Positions 32,195-40,752 of a stretch of 64,000 bases of DNA are shown here, one piece after another. The stretch lies in NCBI GenBank assembly GCA_966205705.1, contig CBIHKY010000009.1, positions 401 to 64,400 on the forward strand, in the 5' to 3' direction. How positions within the stretch are numbered: the stretch's first letter is position 1; every line of letters starts with the position of its first letter. The notes under the pieces were generated by a model that did no database searches, was not told where the DNA came from, and saw nothing but the letters and a program-made list of their open reading frames with translations. This DNA is from an uncultured Alphaproteobacteria bacterium (GTDB lineage Bacteria > Pseudomonadota > Alphaproteobacteria > Sphingomonadales > Sphingomonadaceae). Both the position numbers and the translations under genes were made by a program.

Positions 32195-33375
32195 TGTGTT
32201 GCTCCCGGCGCGGGACGCTCAGGCTCGATCTTGCCGGGCGTGGCGACGACCTTCTGCCCCACGCGGGCGCGCTGCATGCCAGCGATGACGACCTGCTCGC
32301 CGGGCGCAAGGCCGCTGCGGATCACCCGCAGGCCGTCCGCCATATTCCCCGGTGCGACAATGCGCTGGGCGATCAGGCCATCCTTGCCGACGACGAACAC
32401 GGTCGGACGGGTCTGATCGACAATGATCGCTTTGTCCGGGATCAGCAGCGCCGGGCCAGGCGCGCCCAAAGTCCAGCGCATCCGCCCGAACATGCCGGAC
32501 GTGAGCAGGCCGGTCGGGTTCTGCACAAGCGCCTGCCCGCGGATCGTGCCGGAGCTTCGGTCGAGCGCATTATCCAGCATCTCGATTTGACCGGCCCAGT
32601 TGAACTCGGTTTCATCCTCAAGGCGGATCTGCACGACAGCGCCACTCTCGCGAGCCCGGCGGAACTGCAGGAAGGCCCGCTCCGGCGCATCGAACACGAA
32701 CCGCATGGGGTTCTGCGTCATGATGGTGGTGAGGAGGGTCTGCTCAGCAGAGACCAGATTGCCCGCCGCGAGCCTGCGATAGGACGCGCGTCCGCTCGCT
32801 GGCGCCGTGATGCGGGTGAAGGAGAGATCGAGCGATGCTGCCTGCGCAACGGCGCGTGCATTGGCGAGCTCAGCGGCGGCCTGCTCCCGATCGGCAAGGC
32901 GTGTATCGACCAAAGACTGACTTATGAAGCCATCCGCAATCAGGGCCGTTGCGCGCTTATACTCAGCCGAGGTTCTAGCGAGCGCCGCCTGCGCGCGGGC
33001 CACACCAGCGCGTGCCTGTGCCAGCTTGGCGGCAAAGGGGCGTTGATCGAGCGTGAAGAGCAATTGCCCGCGCATGACGGCTTGCCCATCCTTGAAATGG
33101 ACCGATTGCAGCATGCCTGAAACGCGCGGGCGCACATCGATGGCGTCCACCGCTTCAAACCGCCCAGCATAGTCCACCCAGTCCGCCACATCGCGGCTGA
33201 GTGGTTTAGCTACGATGACTTGCGGCGTGGGTAGTGGGGGCGGCGCTTTCTCGGAGCAGGCTGCCAATGCCCCAAATGCAACGGCAGCTAGAAGTTTTGC
33301 ATATGATCGATCCGTAGAGGGGAGCCAGAGAGCGGCAATTTTGCGGCCTCTAAAAGTCGAATGTCTCCCCCTCAT
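32191..33375 (-). CDS. RND periplasmic adaptor (membrane fusion protein)
   Basis: Lipobox LAAC, VRPRVSG, TRITAP.SG, GLAPGEQVV..G. Confidence 0.93.
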   Translation of the reverse strand: MRGRHSTFRGRKIAALWLPSTDRSYAKLLAAVAFGALAACSEKAPPPLPTPQVIVAKPLSRDVADWVDYAGRFEAVDAIDVRPRVSGMLQSVHFKDGQAVMRGQLLFTLDQRPFAAKLAQARAGVARAQAALARTSAEYKRATALIADGFISQSLVDTRLADREQAAAELANARAVAQAASLDLSFTRITAPASGRASYRRLAAGNLVSAEQTLLTTIMTQNPMRFVFDAPERAFLQFRRARESGAVVQIRLEDETEFNWAGQIEMLDNALDRSSGTIRGQALVQNPTGLLTSGMFGRMRWTLGAPGPALLIPDKAIIVDQTRPTVFVVGKDGLIAQRIVAPGNMADGLRVIRSGLAPGEQVVIAGMQRARVGQKVVATPGKIEPERPAPGATQ

Positions 33376-33475
33376 TCATCCATCCCCCTGCGCTAGACGC
33401 GATATTATCAGCGCTTATGCCCGCTCGTCGTAGCAGCACGTCATAGTGACGAAAGCAACTATTGGCCTGTGAATA

Positions 33476-33515
33476 AGGAAGCGCGGGATACGCATTTGCG
33501 TGATCCGCGCTTCCT
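33476..33515. terminator. Long hairpin downstream of the amidohydrolase gene
   Basis: aggaagcgcgg-ga-tacgca..tgcgtg-at-ccgcgcttcct. Confidence 0.65.
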
Positions 33516-33532
33516 CATGGCTTCAGCTGATG

Positions 33533-34612
33533 TCAGAGCTTGAAGAGCTGCTGCGCATTGGTGCCGAGGATCTTGTCCCGCTGCACGGGTGGCAATGCGC
33601 TCACGCGCGCCTTCACGCCGACCATATCCTGAATCGAGAAGGGATAATCCGAGCCATAAAGCACCCGGTCTTCGCCAACCTGCTTCACGAGAAATTCCAG
33701 CGTAGGCTGGTCATACACAATGGCATCATACCAGAATTTGCGGAAATAGGCGCTTGGTGGCTTGTTGACGAGGCGACGGCTGGTGGTGTTTTCCCACATC
33801 TTGTCCATGCGGGCGATGAGGTAAGGCAATGTGCCGCCACCATGACAGGCGATCAGCTTGAGCCCCTCAAACTTGTCCATGAAGCCGGTGAGGATGAAAC
33901 GCGCGTAAACGAGCGTCGTATCGCTGGTGAAGCCGATTGTGTTGGCGAGGCCGAAGGATTCGACACCCCATTTTTTGATGTCGACCATTGGCACAGTGGG
34001 GTGAATGAAGGCGGGCAGGCCGGATTCCTCAACAGCCTTCCACACCGGGTGGAAAAGCTCATTGTCCGGCAGCATACCGACCATGTTGGTGGTGAGGCAC
34101 AGGCCTGCTGCACCCATGCCCTGCACGCGCTTGAGCTCTTCGATCGCGGCATCGGGATATTGCCAGGGGAGCGAAGCCATCCACTTGATGCGACCGGGAT
34201 ATTTCCGCTCGGCGGCGGCAAAGTCGTCATTCACATTGCGGGCAGTCTCGATGGCGACCTCGCGCGTGCTCCAGAACACGTTCGGCGCGGTCAGGCTGAT
34301 GATCGCAACGTCGACTCCAGCCTTGTCCATCGCAGCGATGCGCATGTCGAGGTTCGTCATGTCCGGCGCCAACCGCACGATCGGGGCACCGCGATACTCG
34401 ATCGTCTCGTCGGGCTTGGTGGGGAGCAATTTCGTATCCGCATCGGGATGCTTGCGCAGCATCTCCACCCAGCGCGGCGTGAAGTTATGGGTGTGGACGT
34501 CGATGACCGGCACCTTGGATACGCCACGCTTCTGCGCGCCCGCACCCTGCGCCATCGCGGCGAGGCCAAGTCCCGCCGCGCCCATCAAAATATCTCTGCG
34601 TTCCAGATTCAT
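33533..34612 (-). CDS. Amidohydrolase_2 family enzyme (ACMSD-like) with twin-arginine leader
   Basis: IDVHTH, FIHP, HGGG.LP, YGSDYPF; N-terminus ERRDILMGAAGLGLAAMAQGAGA. Confidence 0.88.
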   Translation of the reverse strand: MNLERRDILMGAAGLGLAAMAQGAGAQKRGVSKVPVIDVHTHNFTPRWVEMLRKHPDADTKLLPTKPDETIEYRGAPIVRLAPDMTNLDMRIAAMDKAGVDVAIISLTAPNVFWSTREVAIETARNVNDDFAAAERKYPGRIKWMASLPWQYPDAAIEELKRVQGMGAAGLCLTTNMVGMLPDNELFHPVWKAVEESGLPAFIHPTVPMVDIKKWGVESFGLANTIGFTSDTTLVYARFILTGFMDKFEGLKLIACHGGGTLPYLIARMDKMWENTTSRRLVNKPPSAYFRKFWYDAIVYDQPTLEFLVKQVGEDRVLYGSDYPFSIQDMVGVKARVSALPPVQRDKILGTNAQQLFKL

Positions 34613-34626
34613 CGTCTCTCTCCTTC

Positions 34627-37600
34627 TCAGAATTTCATGCGCACACCGGCGCGGTAGCTGCGGCCGGTCTGGTCAAAGAAAATGGGGTTGGTCACGGAGT
34701 TGCCCGGCGCTATCGGCGGATCTGTGTTGAACAGATTGTTGATCGCGGCATAAACCTGCATGGTCGAACCGCTGGAGGCCGTAATCGTGTAGCGCAGCGC
34801 CAGATTGAAGGTCAGCATGTCCTGCACGACATTATTGTCGATGCTGTTCGCGAGCGTGTTGCGATAATTTGGATCGTCGGGGCCAATCAGGCTGCCGTCA
34901 TAGCTGCCCTTGGGGATATAATGCCCTTGCAAGGTCGCGCCGAGCGGCCCCTTCTCGAACGTGAATGTGCCGTCGATCGTATATTTAGGCACGCCCAGCG
35001 GACCGCCGACTTGCCGCCCCGTCTGGCCAGCCCGGTCGATCGCACCGGTCGCATCGACCTGAATGAGATCGAACACGCGCGTGGCCAGCAGGTTGATCGC
35101 GACGCGATTGTCCGCACCGAAGCGCCGGGAATAATCGAGCTCAAAGTCGATGCCGCGTGTCTTGATCTGCGTGACGTTGAGATATTGGTCCAACACTTCC
35201 GAGATGAGACCGGTCGAGGGGTCACGCGTGATGAGCGCGCAATAACTGGTGCCGCCCGCATTGCACCGATCCGTGATGACTTGTGCCCCGACGAGATCGA
35301 TGCCGTTCCTGATCTTGATGTCATAATAGTCGGCGGAGAAGCGCAGGCCGGGGACCATGCGCGGCTGGAGCACGACGCCCGCCGTATAGGTGTCCGCAAT
35401 TTCCGGCTGCAATGTCTCGACGCCGCCACGGAAGATGCGCGCAAGCACCTGACTGCTGTTCGACGTATCGAAGACCGCACCCTGCGTGCCAACGAGCGGC
35501 GTATAAAGCTCGGCAGCATTGGGCGCGCGAATGTCGCGTGACCGGGTGCCGCGAAAGCGCACGCCTTCGACCGGCTCATACATGCCGCCAAGCTTCCACG
35601 TGGTGACGGAACCGCTCGTGCTGTAATGGGTCCGCCGGACCGCGCCGTTAAATTCCAGCATCCGGACGCCCGGCAGATCGCGCAAGATTGGCACGACGGT
35701 TTCCGCATAGCCCTCGACGATGTTGATCGTCTTCGGGCCGAAGGATGAAGCATTGGAAGTGTAGAAGCCATTCGCCAGCGAGATGGGATCAGCGAGGCCA
35801 CTCACGCGCTCGCTGCGATATTCGCCGCCAAGTGCGATCGAGACCGGACCGGAACCGAAGTCCAGCACTTCGCCCGTCAGGTTGGCTGCGGCAACATGCT
35901 GCTGGAACTTGGTGCTCTGTTCGGACGTGCCGAATGTATAGGCTTTTGCCGCAGCCGAGAAACGATACTGACCGAACAGATTGAGCGGCTGGCAACCAGC
36001 GGCAGCCGCGCGCACCGCAGCGGACGGGTCAAGCGTCGTGCGGCAGACAATATTGCCATTCGCGACGCCTGTGCGAAACCGCCCTTCGTCAACAGCATCG
36101 AGCGCGCGCGTGAAGTTGGCGGTAATGCGATTGTTGGCGACGACCTGCGAGGTATTCGTCTGGCCGAACTGATAATAAGCATCGGCCTTCCAGCCACTGC
36201 CAAGGTCGGCATCGAAACCGCCAACGATGCGGAAGGTATTCGTAATGTTGGTGCCGATGGCGAGGCCAAGATCCTGCCCGACCCGACCGAAGGTGAGCGT
36301 TTGCGCATTGAGGGCCGTCATCTGGTTGACGATCGAGGTGGGGAGATAGGCATTGTCTCGCCGGATCACGAGGGCAGTATCGCGTGTCTGGGAGGCTGGC
36401 GTAATCACTTCCACCCGGCCATAGGACGCCTCGAGGAACGGCGTGACAGCGCCCAGATCATAGTCGGCGCGTCCATAGAGGGCATAGCGTTCGACCGGGA
36501 CTTTGAGCACGCCAGCCGAGCGAAACGCGTTCTGGCGGTGGCCGCTTCCCCCCTGCATGAACAGGGTGGCATATTGTCCGCGGACAAATGGCACCGGATT
36601 GCCGAAATCATCGAACTGCACATTGGCGAGCGCTGTCGGGGCGTTGATCTTACCGGCATAAGTCTGGGTGGCCGTATGCACATCGCTGCTGATGACCCGC
36701 GCTGCCTGGCCATTGGTCAAATAGCCGGGATTGCTGAGCACCTGCCATTCCTGCGCACACAGTTCATATTCATAGCAACCGCTCATGCCGCGATTCTTGT
36801 TATATTCGCCACCAATGATGACGTGACCGCGCCCATCCGCAAAAGCTGTGCCAGCGGCGGCGGCGAAGAGTTGATCGCTATCCTCCCCGCGCTGGGAAAT
36901 GCCCGCCTGCGCGTTGACGCGAAAGCCCTGCAGCTTCTTGTTGAGGATGAAGTTTACGACGCCCGCTACGGCATCCGAGCCATAAGCAGCCGAGGCACCG
37001 CCGGTTACCAGCTCGACCCGGTCGATGAGGATGCCGGGGATAAGATTGGTATCGACAGCGCCCGTGATTGTGCTCGGCACAAAGCGGCGGCCATCCACCA
37101 GCACGAGGGAACGTTGGGCGCCCAGCCCGCGAAGATCGACCGTGCGCGCACCACCTGCGCCAACGGTCACGCCTGATGTCGTCGGGGAGGTCGTAGCGCG
37201 GAAGGCTGGCAGCTGTGACAATGCCTCGCCAACACTTGACGCCGCCGTGTTTTCCAGCCGTTCGCTGCCAAGCTGCGTGACGGGGGTGGGCGCCGTGAAG
37301 CCGGAGCGGGCAATGCGCGATCCGGTGACGACGATTGCTTCATTCTCGACCGGCTCGGTGATGGGCGTCTCTTCGACGGCGGGCTGCTGTGCACTCGCCG
37401 TTGTAGCAGGGGCAATCTGGGCGGCGGCGGGGCGCGGCTCGATCCGCACGATGGTGAATCCGGCGCCCTGCTGGAGCGGTTGCAGCGGGGCATTGCCAAG
37501 CAGGCGTGCGAGCGCTTCATTGGGCTCATACTCGCCCTTCACCACGGCAGATGGGCCATAGCCCGTTGCCGATGCGGAAAAGACGATGGACGTGCCACTC

Positions 37601-37749
37601 TGCAGCCCGAAGGTCCGCAAGGCCGATGGCAGCGGCTGTGATGGAATGTCGAAATTGACCGGCTTGGCCTGTGCAGCCGAAGCAACGAGCGCTGATGCAG
37701 CAGCGCCGAGCAGAAACGCAGTGCGCGCGTTCAATCCACGAATGGACAT
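34627..37749 (-). CDS. TonB-dependent receptor with N-terminal STN signalling domain
   Basis: STN (FDIPSQPL..AL..F..QSG..I), IVVTGSRI TonB box, LVLVDGRR plug, C-terminal F. Confidence 0.95.
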   Translation of the reverse strand: MSIRGLNARTAFLLGAAASALVASAAQAKPVNFDIPSQPLPSALRTFGLQSGTSIVFSASATGYGPSAVVKGEYEPNEALARLLGNAPLQPLQQGAGFTIVRIEPRPAAAQIAPATTASAQQPAVEETPITEPVENEAIVVTGSRIARSGFTAPTPVTQLGSERLENTAASSVGEALSQLPAFRATTSPTTSGVTVGAGGARTVDLRGLGAQRSLVLVDGRRFVPSTITGAVDTNLIPGILIDRVELVTGGASAAYGSDAVAGVVNFILNKKLQGFRVNAQAGISQRGEDSDQLFAAAAGTAFADGRGHVIIGGEYNKNRGMSGCYEYELCAQEWQVLSNPGYLTNGQAARVISSDVHTATQTYAGKINAPTALANVQFDDFGNPVPFVRGQYATLFMQGGSGHRQNAFRSAGVLKVPVERYALYGRADYDLGAVTPFLEASYGRVEVITPASQTRDTALVIRRDNAYLPTSIVNQMTALNAQTLTFGRVGQDLGLAIGTNITNTFRIVGGFDADLGSGWKADAYYQFGQTNTSQVVANNRITANFTRALDAVDEGRFRTGVANGNIVCRTTLDPSAAVRAAAAGCQPLNLFGQYRFSAAAKAYTFGTSEQSTKFQQHVAAANLTGEVLDFGSGPVSIALGGEYRSERVSGLADPISLANGFYTSNASSFGPKTINIVEGYAETVVPILRDLPGVRMLEFNGAVRRTHYSTSGSVTTWKLGGMYEPVEGVRFRGTRSRDIRAPNAAELYTPLVGTQGAVFDTSNSSQVLARIFRGGVETLQPEIADTYTAGVVLQPRMVPGLRFSADYYDIKIRNGIDLVGAQVITDRCNAGGTSYCALITRDPSTGLISEVLDQYLNVTQIKTRGIDFELDYSRRFGADNRVAINLLATRVFDLIQVDATGAIDRAGQTGRQVGGPLGVPKYTIDGTFTFEKGPLGATLQGHYIPKGSYDGSLIGPDDPNYRNTLANSIDNNVVQDMLTFNLALRYTITASSGSTMQVYAAINNLFNTDPPIAPGNSVTNPIFFDQTGRSYRAGVRMKF

Positions 37750-37820
37750 GGAACCCCCTCCTAAATTTTTGATCTCTGTATTGGATGAGGCTGGTTCGTT
37801 GATTTACCTCAGTCCCAAGA

Positions 37821-38846
37821 TCAGATTTTTTTGCGGGCGACCTCCCGCAGTTCATAACCCTGGTTGGGAATGCGGCCCCAACGGGCGACGCCAATGGCAT
37901 CGACAGCGGAGAGGAAGGTGGTGACATCGCCTGCCTTCAACACGGCACTCATGCGTTTTTCGGCGACGGCGGGCGCGCTGATGACGATCTTGGTCGCGAG
38001 ATAGCGGTTCATCTCGGCCACAATGTCGCCAAGCCGCGCCTCGTCGAACACCAATATGCCATCGCGCCAACGCGACACGTCGCGCAGGTCGACAGGCGTG
38101 AGCGTCCAGTTTTCATCATTGGTCACAAATTTATAGCCGGGGCGCATGAACACCGTGGATGGAGACTTGGCCCCGGACTTGTTCGCCCGCACGACGACAT
38201 GCCCTTCCATCAGCGTGAGCTCGATGCCGTGCTCAGCGAGGTTTACGTCGAATTGCGTGCCAAGCGCCTTGATCGTTTGAGCGCCCGCCCGAACCAAAAA
38301 GGGGCGAGCGGCATCTTTGGCGACCGCAAAATTGGCGCGCCCTTTGAGCAGCTGTACATTGCGCATCGTCTCGCTCATCGATGCCTTGACCGCGCTGCTC
38401 GCGTCCAGAAACACCTTGCTGCCGTCTGGCAGGGTGACGGCGGACGCGCTGCCTTCCGGCGTTTCATAATAAGCGGTGATGACGGATGCTTCCGGCGCTG
38501 CGTCAAAGGGAGCAAGGCGGAGGATCGCGAACGTCGCAACAGTGCCGGTCAGCAACAGGGCGAAGGCTGCAGCAATTGCAATGCGCTGTCGCCTTGGCGA
38601 GGGTTGCCGTGCTGCGTCTCGCAGCGCCAATATCTCAGGATGAGATCGCAAACGATCGAGATCGACCAGGCGCGCATTGAGCGCGTCATAATCCCGGCGG
38701 TTATGTTCATCGCTCGCGAGCCACTGCTCCAGCGCTTCGACGGACGCGCGGGACATGGTTCCAGACCGTGCACGCGCAATCCATCCCGGAGCATCCTGGG
38801 GGAAGGGCGGTTCGGGTCTACGGACGAGGAAAGACAGGCGCTTCAT
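37821..38846 (-). CDS. fecR: FecR family anti-sigma factor
   Basis: WI.R......L..WLA.D..N, TM helix, LPDGS.V.LD..S, ALGT.F.V, WR.G.L.F. Confidence 0.93.
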   Translation of the reverse strand: MKRLSFLVRRPEPPFPQDAPGWIARARSGTMSRASVEALEQWLASDEHNRRDYDALNARLVDLDRLRSHPEILALRDAARQPSPRRQRIAIAAAFALLLTGTVATFAILRLAPFDAAPEASVITAYYETPEGSASAVTLPDGSKVFLDASSAVKASMSETMRNVQLLKGRANFAVAKDAARPFLVRAGAQTIKALGTQFDVNLAEHGIELTLMEGHVVVRANKSGAKSPSTVFMRPGYKFVTNDENWTLTPVDLRDVSRWRDGILVFDEARLGDIVAEMNRYLATKIVISAPAVAEKRMSAVLKAGDVTTFLSAVDAIGVARWGRIPNQGYELREVARKKI

Positions 38847-39343
38847 TCCCCGCCTCTCGCATTCTCATGCAGCGCTTTCAAAGCGAGCATGATGTGTTTT
38901 TCGACAGCGCTTGTCGAAATGCCCAGATGCGCTGCGATGCGTGGGTAAGTCATCTCCTCGAACCGGTGGAGGACGAACACCTGCTGCGTCCGGGGTGGCA
39001 ACAGCTTGATGATGGCAAGCGCAGCGTTGAGGCATTGCTGGCCGATCAGAATCCGTTCGGGCGAGAAGGGGTCGACCTGCTCGGGCACCTCGCCATCGGC
39101 ATAGGGCATTTGCGCATTTTTATGGTGTCGGCGCGCCAGCACATTGGATGCGATGGTGAAGAGATAGCCCTGCACATTCTCGATCTGCGTGTTTTTCCGG
39201 CGGCTGTGCAGATTAGCGAGCACCTCCTGCACAAGATCGTCCACCTCGCCGATGGGCACGCGCTTGGTGAAATAGCGCTGCAAGGCGCGGCTGTGCAGAG
39301 CGACGCGCTCATCCTCCAAAAAGGGCACAGACTTCTCCTGCAC
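38843..39343 (-). CDS. ECF sigma factor (FecI-like)
   Basis: DDLVQEV, YLF.IA.N, LPPRTQQVFVLHRFEEMTY..IA..LGIS.S.VEKHI; 4-nt overlap with fecR. Confidence 0.93.
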   Translation of the reverse strand: MQEKSVPFLEDERVALHSRALQRYFTKRVPIGEVDDLVQEVLANLHSRRKNTQIENVQGYLFTIASNVLARRHHKNAQMPYADGEVPEQVDPFSPERILIGQQCLNAALAIIKLLPPRTQQVFVLHRFEEMTYPRIAAHLGISTSAVEKHIMLALKALHENARGGE

Positions 39344-39457
39344 CTACGCCAACTCCGCCAGAGGTCACATCTTTCTGCTTCCTATGAGCGCGAAGTCGCA
39401 CGACCCCTCATCTGCCCTTTGAAAAAGACGTGTCGATCCGCGCTGGAAGGTGCGCTC

Positions 39458-40549
39458 TCACGCGCCGGGCAGGTGAAACAGCCGCGCCGCATTACCGTGG
39501 AACAGAGCAGCGCGCTCCGGAACGGAGAGCGGAGCCTCGTTCATGAATTTCACCGAGGGTTCCATTTCCTCATAGGGATAGTCGATCGCCCAAAGCACAT
39601 GGTCCGCGCCCAGCACATCGATCGCATAGCGCAGCGCCGGGGCGTGCTCGACGCCGCTGGTGGTGATGAAGACGTTGCGCTTCATCACTTCGGATGGCTT
39701 GAGCTTGGACCCGTATGCTTCCTTGCGCCGGTCATACCAATGGTCGCTCCGCCACAGGTGGAAGGGGATATTCTCGCCCATATGGCCGATCATGATCTTC
39801 AGATTGGGCAAGCGATCGAACACGCCGCTGAGGATCAGGCGCATGGCGTGCGTGCCGGTTTCCGCCGCATAACCCCAGATGGCAGATTGCAGCCGGTGGT
39901 CCCGGAAGGGCTCGGCCATGCCATCGGATGGGCAGCGCGGGTGAATGTAAATGGGGCGGTCGAGTGCGGCAGCTGCTTCCAATATGGGGAAGAATTTGGG
40001 GTCGTCCAGATACTCATTATTGGTGTGCGAGTTCACAATGAAGCCGCAAAAGCCAAGCTTGGTGACGGCGCGCTCCATCTCCTTGGCGGCACGAGCCGGG
40101 TCTTGCGGGGCGAAGCTTGCCAGCGCTGCAAAGCGACCGGGGTGGGCGCGGATAACCTCTGCCAGCCGGTCATTGGCGAGCTCCGCCAGCGCGACCGCGC
40201 GATCCGGCTTGAACAGTTGCACGCCGGGAGAGGTGAGCGACAATATTTGCATATCGATGCCCAGCCGGTCCATTTCAGCGAGGCGCTGCTGAACATCGCG
40301 CAGACGCGTGCTCAACCGGTCCGTGCTGCGCGAACCCAGCGGATTGAGGACTTGCGCATCGAGATTGGGCCAGTTGCCATCGGCCAGCGCAGCCATCGCA
40401 TCGAGATGCTCGGGGATCGTCCAGGCCTCTTCCACGGCGATCCGTCGCATCTTCATGCTGGCGCGTTGAGCGTTGACTGCCGCCGGTGCGGCAAGCGCTC
40501 CCGCTGCCGCGACACCGCCGATCAAAACCTGTCGCCGATCTACTTCCAT
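39458..40549 (-). CDS. LigW-like aromatic acid decarboxylase (amidohydrolase_2) with twin-arginine leader
   Basis: RIAVEEA, LSLTSPGVQ, FAPQDP, NSHTN, YIHPR, AIWGY..ET, GHMGE, TTSGVE, WAIDYPY follow the 5-carboxyvanillate decarboxylase LigW pattern; leader DRRQVLIGG; GAGGAG RBS. Confidence 0.85.
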   Translation of the reverse strand: MEVDRRQVLIGGVAAAGALAAPAAVNAQRASMKMRRIAVEEAWTIPEHLDAMAALADGNWPNLDAQVLNPLGSRSTDRLSTRLRDVQQRLAEMDRLGIDMQILSLTSPGVQLFKPDRAVALAELANDRLAEVIRAHPGRFAALASFAPQDPARAAKEMERAVTKLGFCGFIVNSHTNNEYLDDPKFFPILEAAAALDRPIYIHPRCPSDGMAEPFRDHRLQSAIWGYAAETGTHAMRLILSGVFDRLPNLKIMIGHMGENIPFHLWRSDHWYDRRKEAYGSKLKPSEVMKRNVFITTSGVEHAPALRYAIDVLGADHVLWAIDYPYEEMEPSVKFMNEAPLSVPERAALFHGNAARLFHLPGA

Positions 40550-40615
40550 TGCGCCCTCCTCAGTCGCTGCGCCTGTGCCAGCCTTGTTTCCAGAGCAGGC
40601 TAAGAAATCGCCAAT

Positions 40616-40676
40616 TGTTGTCAATAGCAACATTTCCGCTATGCGGAATTAAACCCCAGAAAACTGGAATCAGTTT
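40616..40676. promoter_or_regulatory. Palindromes in an AT-rich divergent promoter region
   Basis: TGTTG-N7-CAACA (40616-40632), TTCCGC-tat-GCGGAA (40634-40648), AAACTG-N4-CAGTTT (40661-40676). Confidence 0.45.
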
Positions 40677-40752
40677 GACAGGTTGGCATTAATATAATCA
40701 TCATACCATTATAAATTCGCAGTAGCGCATATTTACTGGGGGAGGCAAATCA

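Noticed and set aside
30623-32416. 597-aa plus-strand ORF
   Set aside because: Antisense to the RND permease
35896-40603. Long plus-strand ORFs (426 aa and 611 aa)
   Set aside because: Antisense to the receptor, sigma and decarboxylase genes, which have clear motifs
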